This document shows, piece by piece, positions 43,507-52,815 of a stretch of 64,000 nt of DNA; position 1 is the first letter of the stretch, and every line of letters begins with the position of its first letter. The stretch lies in the IMG/VR virus record IMGVR_UViG_3300031251_000970, positions 1 to 64,000 of that record, one strand, 5' to 3'. The notes under the pieces are model-generated. The model saw nothing but the letters and a program-made list of their open reading frames with translations, was not told where the DNA came from and searched no databases. The stretch is from a virus. The translations under genes were made by a program, and so were the position numbers.

Positions 43507-45843
43507 CTAAAGAACCCGGTTTTGATTCATCCGGAAAGTTTCGAACTCTCGCTGCTTTTCCTCGAATGCTTGCTTAAATTTCTCGAACAGAACATCAAAT
43601 TTGAATGCGTTTTTGAATCCTTCTACGATATTGTCGGCCGTCTCCTCGTTTTCTTTCTGGAGTTCCGAAATTTTATCGATCGCGCCCGCCGCATGTCCTC
43701 CAACTTTTCCGTTTGCTGCATCTGCGCGATAGGCCTTGCTCTTTACGTCTAGATCATCCTTGAGAACGGAGATATCGCTCACCATTTCTATGCCAAGATT
43801 TCCGCCTCTTTTATGACCTTCTCGGTCGGCATATTCCGCGAGTTTCGTACCTCGACCGGCCGATGCAGCTCGCTGAAGTTCCCATTGAGATAGCTCATCA
43901 ACGGGAAGAAGGTCGGCTCGCCCCGCTTTCTTGCGTTGCTCATTTTCGGCCTCTTTCGCCTCAATATCCTTTCGCTTTTCGTCGATCTCTTTCAGTATCG
44001 ATTGGTCGCCTTCGTTCAGTAATCCGTGCGAAATCTGCGTGCGATCGTGTGCCTCTTTTTCTTCTTCATAGGCCTTTCTAGCCGCGTCGTAGGCCTCTTT
44101 TGAGACCTTGACCTGCTGCTCCGTATTTGCGACCTTCGCCTGTCCGATCTGAAGGCTTTGTTGTTGCAGCCGAATTGTTTCTTCTTCCTCAGCCTTCAGT
44201 TCTTTTTTCCGATCGGCCAAGGCCTGGGCGAGATCAACTTTAACTTTCTCGTTATTGATCTCTGCATCGGCGACGCTGATCCCTCCGGCGGCACTGATGA
44301 CTTTTCCCTGAGCCTTATGCAGCGGATTGGTGCTGTCGTAATCGGTCTTCGGCTCTAGAACTCCGGCACCCCCGCTTGCCAGAAGTGAACCCATCCCCGC
44401 TGGCCCCGTAGATGCGACAAAGGCAGCGGTAAGAAGTTCCTTTGCTCCGAAAACTTTGCCGGAGGCCTTCTGTCGGCTTGATCCCGGAACATCGGTTTCG
44501 CCATTTCCGGGAATCGCGATCTTTCTCTTTTCAATTGCGGCGATCTTGCCATCATAGGCCAACTCGCTGGCCTTCTGCAGATCGGGCAACTTTTTGAGAG
44601 TTTTTTTATTGATTTCGGATTGCTTGTCGAGATGTTCTGATCTTACCTGCAATGCCTCCTGCATATGCTCAGTCCTGAGATTCTGTTCCGCTCTTTCTCT
44701 AACCGAATGCCGACGCTGCCAATTGACTCCATATTCTTCCTGTCGCCGCTGAATGCCCTTCTCTTCATTCGCCGTTTCGTATACTTGTCTAGCCGTAAAT
44801 CTATGGACATTTTCAGGAAGCTCGGCTGCCATTCGATGCCCGGATTGCATTGCCGCAATGCCGATTTTATGAATCGCTGAATACGATCCGGCTGAAGTCG
44901 CAGCGGCATCTTCCAGCATCTTTTTGAAACTGTCTCTCGTAAATACCAGCGATTCTCGAAGGATAGCGAGTCCAGCGACAACGCCGGTAATCGCAATCGC
45001 CCACGGCGTTCCAAATGCCGCCGAAGCATTTTTCGCGATATTCGCGAATCCTTCGATTGCGACAACGCCATGAACCATTTCGTTGGTCATCAGTCCGGTT
45101 GACGCGGCGACCTGAGCGATTCCCTTGGCCGTTTGAATTGCGGCTTGGTTTTGATCATTCAGAGCCGATGTTTCCTCTTTGATTCGCTTCGTGGTTTCTG
45201 CGTCTTCTTTTTTAGCTTTTCTTTCCGCAACTTTTTTCCCACGCGACCATTCGCGAACGCCCGACTGAGCCTCTTTACGAGCTTCGTCTTCCTTTTTCTT
45301 CTGAGCCCGCTCTGATGCGGCGACCTCTGCATCCGCAACTTTATTCGCTCTTTCAATGGCTCGCTGAGCGGCAGACTCTTCCCGGTCCTGTTCTCGAATC
45401 AGCAATGCGGCCTTTTTCGCGAGTTTTTCTTGCAGTTTCCCCATTTCCGCATCAGAAAATCCAACATCTTGCCCTTCGGCCGCCATCTTCTCTAATGCCG
45501 CTTTTTCCTCGGCCTGCATCTTCCCATGAAGAGCTTCCAGTTTCTGAATCGCACTCATTCCAGTCATCTGGCTTTTCGCAGCATCGGCCGCACGATCTCG
45601 CACGCTTTGGCCGTATCCCGGCATCCCGACATTAACCATTGATGACGAGATCGAACGTTGGGCACTAGAGGATGCCGGACGATAACTCGAGCCGGAATTG
45701 CTGATTCCACCGAGAGACGACCTGATATCGTCCTGAATTGATTTCACGGCAGACTTGACCGCCGACGTGTCAACGGGACCGATCTTCATGTTTCCGCTTT
45801 CCAGCGAAATCCGAATCAGAACGTCTCTCGTTACGTCGACCAT
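43507..45843 (-). CDS. Tail tape measure protein
   Basis: 778 aa, A/K/E-rich helical with a hydrophobic segment; follows the chaperones. Confidence 0.75.
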   Translation of the reverse strand: MVDVTRDVLIRISLESGNMKIGPVDTSAVKSAVKSIQDDIRSSLGGISNSGSSYRPASSSAQRSISSSMVNVGMPGYGQSVRDRAADAAKSQMTGMSAIQKLEALHGKMQAEEKAALEKMAAEGQDVGFSDAEMGKLQEKLAKKAALLIREQDREESAAQRAIERANKVADAEVAASERAQKKKEDEARKEAQSGVREWSRGKKVAERKAKKEDAETTKRIKEETSALNDQNQAAIQTAKGIAQVAASTGLMTNEMVHGVVAIEGFANIAKNASAAFGTPWAIAITGVVAGLAILRESLVFTRDSFKKMLEDAAATSAGSYSAIHKIGIAAMQSGHRMAAELPENVHRFTARQVYETANEEKGIQRRQEEYGVNWQRRHSVRERAEQNLRTEHMQEALQVRSEHLDKQSEINKKTLKKLPDLQKASELAYDGKIAAIEKRKIAIPGNGETDVPGSSRQKASGKVFGAKELLTAAFVASTGPAGMGSLLASGGAGVLEPKTDYDSTNPLHKAQGKVISAAGGISVADAEINNEKVKVDLAQALADRKKELKAEEEETIRLQQQSLQIGQAKVANTEQQVKVSKEAYDAARKAYEEEKEAHDRTQISHGLLNEGDQSILKEIDEKRKDIEAKEAENEQRKKAGRADLLPVDELSQWELQRAASAGRGTKLAEYADREGHKRGGNLGIEMVSDISVLKDDLDVKSKAYRADAANGKVGGHAAGAIDKISELQKENEETADNIVEGFKNAFKFDVLFEKFKQAFEEKQREFETFRMNQNRVL

Positions 45844-46242
45844 TTATCGCCCCACGACTAATCGGCACAAAATATTTTCAAATTCTACTTGCCGATGCCT
45901 CGCAATTCCGTCTTCCGCCTCGCGGATGATTGCAGCGTTTCTCCGCACGATTGGATCATCTGGAAAACTCCCGACCGCCTTGCATTCCATATAATGACGA
46001 TAGCAGTTTTCGTTTTCCGGCGTTAGAGAGAGTTGTTCCTCGGGAGCTCCCTTTTTGCATCCTATTCTCGTGCGACATGGCGGCAGGCAGGATTCTCCGA
46101 ACAGGGACCGCAGTTCGGGCTTTCCATCGCGACCCTTCGTCATTTGCCCGGTTTTCTCATCGAACAAATACAACTGGCACAATTCGCACGATCTCGTAGC
46201 CACAAGCGGGTATCTGAACAGAGTCCAAATACCCGTTCTCAG
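45844..46242 (-). CDS. Tail assembly chaperone C-terminal extension (lambda gpGT-like, -1 frameshift product)
   Basis: The -1 frame is open from slippery A-AAA-AAC at 46242..46248 (LRTGIWTLFRYPLVATRSCELC...). Confidence 0.75.
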   Translation of the reverse strand: MRTGIWTLFRYPLVATRSCELCQLYLFDEKTGQMTKGRDGKPELRSLFGESCLPPCRTRIGCKKGAPEEQLSLTPENENCYRHYMECKAVGSFPDDPIVRRNAAIIREAEDGIARHRQVEFENILCRLVVGR

Positions 46243-46661
46243 TTTTTTTCTTGATCCGAATCGCTGATTTTTGGCTCGGCTTTTGGCTTGGGGTCGCTAG
46301 TCTGAACCCCTCGAATAATCCGGTAGAGCCTTCCGAGCAATGCATTATTCAGCCGCATGCACGTATCCGCCGAGATCGGAACTTCCGCTTGCTTACGATC
46401 CCTCAAGTCCCACAAAAAGAGATGTTTCGCGACGAATTCGCAAAGGAGCTTTTCCTGTTTGTACGAGCAGTCCGGATCGACCAGTTTCTTCTCTTCGAGA
46501 ATTTCAATTTGATTGTCGAGTCGCAACCATTCGGCTTTCGTCGCGACGCGATAATGAAACGAAAGCGAATCGTAGAGCGTTTCTCCGTTTTCGGATGGTT
46601 CGGCTCCCTTGATGAATCCGTCATCCCGCGTATACCCGTCATCGATAAACTGTGGCATCAA
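46239..46661 (-). CDS. Tail assembly chaperone (gpG-like)
   Basis: Between the tail tube and tape measure genes; ends EKN-stop at a slippery site. Confidence 0.75.
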   Translation of the reverse strand: MMPQFIDDGYTRDDGFIKGAEPSENGETLYDSLSFHYRVATKAEWLRLDNQIEILEEKKLVDPDCSYKQEKLLCEFVAKHLFLWDLRDRKQAEVPISADTCMRLNNALLGRLYRIIRGVQTSDPKPKAEPKISDSDQEKN

Positions 46662-46726
46662 ATAACCCTTTCAAATGTTCCGTACTCGACCTATGATGGA
46701 ATTGTTGCTTAACAATTGGAGCCATC

Positions 46727-46960
46727 ATGTCAGAGCCGGATTTTCTCAAGTTCCATCTCGAAGTCCATGCCGATGGAGTTCCCCGCGAGGTTTTCGAACT
46801 CGCAGTCATGCTCCGAGACGATCCTAATGCCAGTCTTCGAGAGCGTCAAATGGCATGGTTGATCATCAAACTCGCGACAACCGTCAACAAGCTGATTTCC
46901 GAATTGGAAACGGGCACGACGACTTTAGTCGTGCACGAATCCAATATGAGGCGAGATTGA
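46727..46960 (+). CDS. Small plus-strand hypothetical protein
   Basis: 77 aa, GGAG RBS, fills the gap opposite the late operon. Confidence 0.5.
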   Translation: MSEPDFLKFHLEVHADGVPREVFELAVMLRDDPNASLRERQMAWLIIKLATTVNKLISELETGTTTLVVHESNMRRD

Positions 46961-47797
46961 TTATCGTTTTGACTTCTGGCCGCGATAGACCGTCGGAGTT
47001 GTCAATGCTTTTTCGATCGGCCATCCTTTTTGCAATCGAACCGCGAGCGTTCCGAACGCCAGTCCGACCTCTCTGGCCCAATCCGCTACGGATTGCGTTT
47101 TTCCATTAAAGCTGATCATTTTACGATTTGTTTTTCTCTTTTGAATCGGATTCTTAAACGCATCTTCGATCGACCATCCGGATTTCAATCGATTGGAGAC
47201 GGCATTCTCTGTTATTCCGTAAATTTCGCACAATTCGACCAAGCATTTCGTCATTCCATCAATAGTGATCAAGCGATTTACTCGGGTATTGCGGCTCTGT
47301 TCTTTTTGGGTCGCCCATCGCACATTTCCGGGTTCGTAATTTCCATTGTTATTTGGAAATCGGTCTATCGAATGCCGACTTGACGGCCTCGGTCCGATAT
47401 GAGCCAAGAATGCGTCGAAGTCCTCGATCCATTCATCGCAGACGCTAATCCCGCGTCCGCCATAATTGTGCCATTCCTTTGAGTTTTGATTTGAGCACCG
47501 TTTATTCATTGATGCCCAGCATCGATATTCTGCGGTTCTCTTTCCTACCCGATCATGCCCATGTTTAACATTTGACTTTTGGATTTGATCGAGCATAAAG
47601 CAGCCGCATGACTGCGTATGTCCACTTACGAGAAATTGGCTTCGAACATTGACCACATTCCCGCACGAGCATTGGCATTTCCATTCGGTCCTGCCATTCC
47701 GCTTTCCGGCATATTCCAAAACTGTCAATCTGCCAAATGGCGGGGAACCGATAAGATTGCGGAACCGCCAATTTGAAGGTACTTTTATCTCTGTCAT
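46961..47797 (-). CDS. HNH homing-endonuclease-like protein
   Basis: WKCQCSCG..TQSCGC, YGGRGISVC, SIDR..NNGNYEPGNVRWAT, two C-terminal HTH-like repeats. Confidence 0.9.
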   Translation of the reverse strand: MTEIKVPSNWRFRNLIGSPPFGRLTVLEYAGKRNGRTEWKCQCSCGNVVNVRSQFLVSGHTQSCGCFMLDQIQKSNVKHGHDRVGKRTAEYRCWASMNKRCSNQNSKEWHNYGGRGISVCDEWIEDFDAFLAHIGPRPSSRHSIDRFPNNNGNYEPGNVRWATQKEQSRNTRVNRLITIDGMTKCLVELCEIYGITENAVSNRLKSGWSIEDAFKNPIQKRKTNRKMISFNGKTQSVADWAREVGLAFGTLAVRLQKGWPIEKALTTPTVYRGQKSKR

Positions 47798-47799
47798 TT

Positions 47800-47863
47800 C
47801 CGTGTTCCTGTTAAACATGGTTTTGAAAGCGAGGCTCGGAATTTATCAGATTCCGAGCCTTGC
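47800..47863 (-). promoter_or_regulatory. Two-hairpin leader of the HNH gene
   Basis: 14-bp stem with CTGATAA loop, then a CCATGTT/AACACGG hairpin over the AGGA RBS. Confidence 0.6.
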
Positions 47864-47874
47864 GTCTTTTAAGA

Positions 47875-48747
47875 TCAGGAGTTTGTCAAAATCATTTCTT
47901 TGTTCGCACCTACTCCGAAGCAATAGAACTCGAGAGGCAAACGAACATGATCTCTTCCGGGAATCGCAGCACTTCGTGGAGTTGCTACAAGAGCCGCAAA
48001 TGTAAACGAAAGTGTATTCGTCCCATTTGTAAAGGCGATACTCGCCGTGAGAGGAGAACCAATTATCGGACCTGCTCGCTCAATAACTAACAATCCTGAC
48101 TCGGTCGGAGTGTATTTTGTCTGGCATGCGAGAGTAATAACTCTGTCCGAACTTTCCAAATCTGTTGCCGTACGTCCCTGTAGGAACGTGGGGTTAATCT
48201 TATTGTCGCAGGTGAATTCGAACTTGTCGAACGAGTATTGCGTGCCGCCGATCGTGATCCCCGAACCGCTGTCCGAGAACATATATTCTCGCTGCGTTAC
48301 ATCGGCCGCCGTCGAAATCGTTCCACCCGATCCAATTGCGAGCGTTTTTCCGACGAAACTCACCGTCAATTTCATCTTTTCGCCCGGACCGCCCTCATAT
48401 TTCACCATGCTGAATCGGCCGACATATGTATAACCGATATTCGCTCTCGCTCCCAAATCTAGCACGATTGTGACATCGGCCATTTGATCGGTCAGCGTGT
48501 AATTCGCCGATGACGAGTTGAGAGCGTAGGGCAGGATATATCCGAGTTCGACTTGTGTCGGACTGAAGACAATATCTCCTCCGACTTTCGTCTGACCAAG
48601 TGCAACACGTTCCATCTGTCGCGTTCGCGTGCCTCGAAGTCCATCGTCTTGGATGATTTCGCTGACTTCTGTAATCGAACTGCTGATGAACTCAACGACA
48701 TTGCCGTTGATCGTCATTCTCGCTTCCCAGCCGTTAATATCGGTCAT
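47875..48747 (-). CDS. Major tail tube protein
   Basis: 290 aa, beta-rich; GLRGTR, FEFTCDN; position upstream of the chaperones. Confidence 0.8.
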   Translation of the reverse strand: MTDINGWEARMTINGNVVEFISSSITEVSEIIQDDGLRGTRTRQMERVALGQTKVGGDIVFSPTQVELGYILPYALNSSSANYTLTDQMADVTIVLDLGARANIGYTYVGRFSMVKYEGGPGEKMKLTVSFVGKTLAIGSGGTISTAADVTQREYMFSDSGSGITIGGTQYSFDKFEFTCDNKINPTFLQGRTATDLESSDRVITLACQTKYTPTESGLLVIERAGPIIGSPLTASIAFTNGTNTLSFTFAALVATPRSAAIPGRDHVRLPLEFYCFGVGANKEMILTNS

Positions 48748-48848
48748 GTTACGACCTATTCCTTCAAGGCCCCTCGACGATTGTTTGATCGTTTTGCGGC
48801 GGTTTCATTGACCGATACCGGAATTATTCCTGTTAGGCTGACGGTTTT

Positions 48849-49418
48849 TCATTGTCTACTGCGTCGAATTTTCGAAGCCGTATCTCCATGCTCTTTCGCC
48901 ATCTTCTGATGATACTTGTGTTCCTTGCTTTCGGAATCGTGACTCTCCGATGCTCTTAAATGGGCATCCTGAGCCGATTGATGATTAGCGAGAGATGGAG
49001 TTTGTTTTGCATTTTCCGACATCTTTTCCGCATGCGAACTCGCATGTTCCATTTGGTTCTTGGATGCGGCGGCATGATGTGCGAGCGATGCGGAAAACAG
49101 TCGCCCGGCATTCGGATGATTGATGTCGCCAATTTTGGCAATGGCATCGGCGGCTCGCAAGTGGGCTTCGGCGGCTTCTTGATGCTTTCCGTTCTTGGCG
49201 TGGGAAGTTGCCGCAGATGATTCCTTCAAAGCATCCTTAGATTCTTTCATTCCGCCAATCAGTGACTGTGTTCGCTTGTGAGCATCTTCCGACGATTGAG
49301 CCGCAGAAGATGATCCGCTCGTCCATTTTCCATGATCGCGGGCTTCGCTCGGATTAAAAGACTTCAGAACCGTGATTCCATCATCGATTACGGGATAAAG
49401 GAGAGACTTGAATGACAT
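48849..49418 (-). CDS. His/Ala/Ser-rich protein with FNPSEARD.GKW motif
   Basis: Repeated AxxAH helices; motif shared with the MuF-like protein. Confidence 0.7.
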   Translation of the reverse strand: MSFKSLLYPVIDDGITVLKSFNPSEARDHGKWTSGSSSAAQSSEDAHKRTQSLIGGMKESKDALKESSAATSHAKNGKHQEAAEAHLRAADAIAKIGDINHPNAGRLFSASLAHHAAASKNQMEHASSHAEKMSENAKQTPSLANHQSAQDAHLRASESHDSESKEHKYHQKMAKEHGDTASKIRRSRQ

Positions 49419-49419
49419 A

Positions 49420-49680
49420 TTAGACGCTCAATCCTTCTGCGGGCAACTCGGGACTTGAATCGGTTTTTTGAGGATCGATTTTTCCGGTATCGGTTTTTTC
49501 GTCGGAATTCGGCAACGATGGCGGATTTGCTGCATCGATCCATGAACGGGCATACGCGATTGCTTGGGTCGTTCCCAAGATCGGTCCGACCGTCATTTGC
49601 TCGCGAGTCGCCGTGTACGCGAACCCATCTGGCGATTCGCCGTTGAGAGTCGCGATCAGATGCACACCGTTGATATCCAT
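49420..49680 (-). CDS. Hypothetical protein
   Basis: 86 aa, GAGGGG RBS. Confidence 0.6.
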   Translation of the reverse strand: MDINGVHLIATLNGESPDGFAYTATREQMTVGPILGTTQAIAYARSWIDAANPPSLPNSDEKTDTGKIDPQKTDSSPELPAEGLSV

Positions 49681-49682
49681 CG

Positions 49683-50135
49683 CTATCCCCTCAGAAGTTC
49701 TACCGTCGCGTCTGCAACCTGATTTACGATCTTGTCGAGTGTTTCGTCGCTGATGCCAACCGGAGGCCGAGCGGGCATCCTTGACGTTCCCTCTTGAAGA
49801 TACCCAGCATAATCGATTCCGGTTCCGTACACGAGACCAGATCGAGTCGTCTCATGGACATTGCTCGGACCGCCGACAGCCACGAGAGACTCTCGCAATG
49901 CTCCCGTTTCGACCAAAATCCGATCGTGCTTCTTTCGCCGAATCGTCGATTCTTTCAGCGGCTTCCAGTCGACGAGATTCGAATCGTATTCGCCTGCGAA
50001 CATTCCGGCATGCTGTTCGGCGAGCGATTGTTCGCCTTGTTCCATGACTTCGGTGTAATCGGCATTCTGGACAGCCGTTTCGATCGATTCGAAAAGCGAG
50101 TTCAGTTCGCCGATGTCGTCGACAACGAATGTCAC
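49683..50135 (-). CDS. Phage virion morphogenesis / tail completion protein (Mu gpG-like)
   Basis: WKPLKEST..K..IL..TG.L..S, GT..YA..LQEGT..MPARP. Confidence 0.85.
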   Translation of the reverse strand: MTFVVDDIGELNSLFESIETAVQNADYTEVMEQGEQSLAEQHAGMFAGEYDSNLVDWKPLKESTIRRKKHDRILVETGALRESLVAVGGPSNVHETTRSGLVYGTGIDYAGYLQEGTSRMPARPPVGISDETLDKIVNQVADATVELLRG

Positions 50136-50575
50136 AATCTCGGCTCCTGAAAGTTCGCTCGCACCACAAATCCGCTGACGAATCCATCTCGGTCAAAATA
50201 GACTTTCGGCTCAACGACGTTTCCGGGCTCAACCTTCAATCGGTAACACATCGGCAACCCTGAGAGGGCGACGTTATTCAATCGCCGTCGCATAGTCTGA
50301 CGCCATCCAAGCCGTAATTCGAGGCTTTGAATATCCGGCATAGCCATGATCGCAACGAGCGTTCCGTAATAAACTCCGTCTCGATCATTCAATTCGTCGC
50401 CGACTTTTTCCGGTCCATACGGCGAGACCGAAATAAATGGCAGCGGAATCTGCTTATCCTGAAACGTCGCGACTTCCTGAAGCACGACTCCGCCCGTGAT
50501 TCCAAACATTCCCATGCCGTCGATCAGAGCTTTGATCGCAACCATCGTATCGAAATGATTGGAGATTCCCGGCAT
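50132..50575 (-). CDS. Putative tail terminator protein
   Basis: 147 aa, LPFISVSP motif; neck-module position. Confidence 0.6.
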   Translation of the reverse strand: MPGISNHFDTMVAIKALIDGMGMFGITGGVVLQEVATFQDKQIPLPFISVSPYGPEKVGDELNDRDGVYYGTLVAIMAMPDIQSLELRLGWRQTMRRRLNNVALSGLPMCYRLKVEPGNVVEPKVYFDRDGFVSGFVVRANFQEPRL

Positions 50576-50578
50576 TGA

Positions 50579-51196
50579 TTAGCTTACTTTCTGACCGCAG
50601 ACGCACACCCAATCCGTCAAAACCGATTTGAGCGTTGTTCCTGCCGCTTGAACGACGAATGTCTGACCGCCGAAAACAATGATGTCCCTCGATCGAATCT
50701 GCCGACCGTTTGAAGCGGGATTCAGTTCATGATCGGGAATGTGAAGCAAGGTTTCGTCGCCTTGAACGTTCAAATGTCCGTACTCTTTCAGTTTGCCACT
50801 GATCGGCTTCTGCCAAGCGTTGTACACGTTCACAGTCGACGTTCTGTCGGCGTAGAAAACCGCTCCGGCGAAGCTCAGTCCAGTCTGCAAAACGGTTAAT
50901 GACGTATCGGAAGCGACTGAGACGACCGTTAACGCGGTTCCGGCCGTGACTGAGTTGAATCCGCTGGCGACGTAATTCAGCGTTCCGCCCGTCGAATTCG
51001 CGACAATCACACTTCCTGAAACGAGCGGAACCGGTCCGGTTTTGAAGAATGTGCCGACTCCCGTGATTGTCGAACCGGAGCCCGAGATTGTGCCAATTTG
51101 CGGAACGGCTCGTGAATCCGCATCGAGCGTCAGCGTTGCCGGACCCCGCGAAGGAACCAGCCGCATTAACGCTCGTGCTTTTTGATGAGTCATCAC
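50579..51196 (-). CDS. Putative head-closure protein with an inserted fibre-like segment
   Basis: Neck position; GTISGSGSTITGVGT.F insertion. Confidence 0.55.
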   Translation of the reverse strand: MMTHQKARALMRLVPSRGPATLTLDADSRAVPQIGTISGSGSTITGVGTFFKTGPVPLVSGSVIVANSTGGTLNYVASGFNSVTAGTALTVVSVASDTSLTVLQTGLSFAGAVFYADRTSTVNVYNAWQKPISGKLKEYGHLNVQGDETLLHIPDHELNPASNGRQIRSRDIIVFGGQTFVVQAAGTTLKSVLTDWVCVCGQKVS

Positions 51197-51208
51197 GATC
51201 GATTTGCC

Positions 51209-51865
51209 TTAAATCACCGGCATCGTATAGGCTGCAAGATTGTTCTCGATCGAACCGAAAATCGACGCGAATACATCCGGCGAGAAATAGGATTCCGCCG
51301 CATCTTCGTAGGAATTGCTCTGAGCGGGTAACCCACTTGCCGACATCGCAATCATCCGCATCACGGCCATGTTGACCGTCATCTGAATATCCGCCGGAAC
51401 CACCGCATATCCGGCCGTGTAAACGACCTTCACGTTTCCATTGTTGATCGGTGGCTGTCTCGCCACCTTGCCATATTGTCGCGATGGATATTGATAAAAT
51501 CCGCCGTTGATTCTGCGGATGAGACCGGCCGATCCAACGCCATTGAATCCCGATTCCAAAACCCAATCGACTCCCTGAACCAACTGAGTCGCCGATGCAA
51601 AAGCGTTCGAGGCCTGTCCGAAAAAGCCTTGCGGATCAGACCAGAGACTCGTCACCGAAATGACCGGGAATTGATTCAAATAGAACGCGACGCAGTTATT
51701 GACGGAATAGTATTCGGTATAGATAGTCGCTTCGATGTCGCGATTCAATTGCCGCTTGACTCTGCTCGTCAATCCAACGATGAACCCGTCGATTTGCGCA
51801 TCCATCGAAGTATCCGTCGAAGCGATTCCCGCTTGCGATTTCACGGAATTTCGAGTGGTCAACAT
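51209..51865 (-). CDS. Head-tail adaptor protein
   Basis: MLTT...VK, LNQFPVISVTS, VKVVYTAGY.VVPADI. Confidence 0.85.
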   Translation of the reverse strand: MLTTRNSVKSQAGIASTDTSMDAQIDGFIVGLTSRVKRQLNRDIEATIYTEYYSVNNCVAFYLNQFPVISVTSLWSDPQGFFGQASNAFASATQLVQGVDWVLESGFNGVGSAGLIRRINGGFYQYPSRQYGKVARQPPINNGNVKVVYTAGYAVVPADIQMTVNMAVMRMIAMSASGLPAQSNSYEDAAESYFSPDVFASIFGSIENNLAAYTMPVI

Positions 51866-52725
51866 GCGGTTTTTGCTTTCTCAGCTTTTCGAGCCTGATG
51901 CCGGTTGTATGTCCTGATTCGATGACAATTCGCACAGACAACTTCGCATTTTTCGATTTCTGCCAGTATCGACTCAATTGATCCCTGCACGCTGGACACA
52001 TGCATCTTCTTCACTCCGTGAACATGATCAAAATCCATTGCCTCCGGAGCTGATTTATATCCACAATCCGCACATCCTCGTTCTATTTTCAGATCGGCGA
52101 TGAATTTCTTCTTTTTATTGCGATTTTCGCGAGACAGAGTATTTCTGCGATCGTTTTTTGGTTTTGTAGCCCATGCATGTTCGCCATTTAGCATCCGTTT
52201 TTTTGTCGCAATTCTGTGACACCGGAGGCATCTGATCTCGCATTTCGCAATTTCTTCTCGAACTCGTTTCAACGAGAATGTTCCCATTGCTCCAACGTTA
52301 ATCGTCTTCTTGCCGATGACATGATCAAAATCGAGAGCGACGGGGTTTTCCTTATATCCGCAATCGATGCATCCCGCTTCCATCTTCAAAGCGGAAATTC
52401 GGCCTTTGTGCCGGAGTGCTCTCCTACGTGATTTCATCACGCTCTTGCATCGAAACGCCGGATTTTCGGAATTCTTTCTCGCCCGCTCTCGAATCTTTTG
52501 TCTTCCGTTTTCCGTCGCACGATGCTTTCGCGAAATATCTCGGTGGTAATTCGGATCGATTTCTTTCCGCTTTCGGACATATCTTCGATAATACGATCTT
52601 CGCTCGGAAACGCACCATTCACATCGGCATCCGCGTCGATAGTTAGACCGCCACGACAATCCATTTTCAGGATGCTTTTCGACTTGTGCAAACAAACCAT
52701 CGAACGTAAGTTGTTTTTCAGTCAT
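51859..52725 (-). CDS. HNH endonuclease-like protein with duplicated HNH domains
   Basis: Two CxDCGY...DFDHV...EIxKCE..CxxCHR units; N-terminal YRRGCRCEWC. Confidence 0.85.
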   Translation of the reverse strand: MTEKQLTFDGLFAQVEKHPENGLSWRSNYRRGCRCEWCVSERRSYYRRYVRKRKEIDPNYHRDISRKHRATENGRQKIRERARKNSENPAFRCKSVMKSRRRALRHKGRISALKMEAGCIDCGYKENPVALDFDHVIGKKTINVGAMGTFSLKRVREEIAKCEIRCLRCHRIATKKRMLNGEHAWATKPKNDRRNTLSRENRNKKKKFIADLKIERGCADCGYKSAPEAMDFDHVHGVKKMHVSSVQGSIESILAEIEKCEVVCANCHRIRTYNRHQARKAEKAKTAC

Positions 52726-52726
52726 T

Positions 52727-52790
52727 TCAGCCTCTCGCAAAGGTTGATTGTGATTAGAGCCAGAGAACCGTATCAGCAGTTCTCTGGCTC
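52727..52790 (-). promoter_or_regulatory. Two-hairpin leader of the HNH gene
   Basis: 12-bp stem with TGCTGATACG loop, then a TCAACCT/AGGCTGA hairpin over the GAGG RBS. Confidence 0.6.
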
Positions 52791-52815
52791 GAATTTTAAC
52801 ATCTTCGGATGAAAA

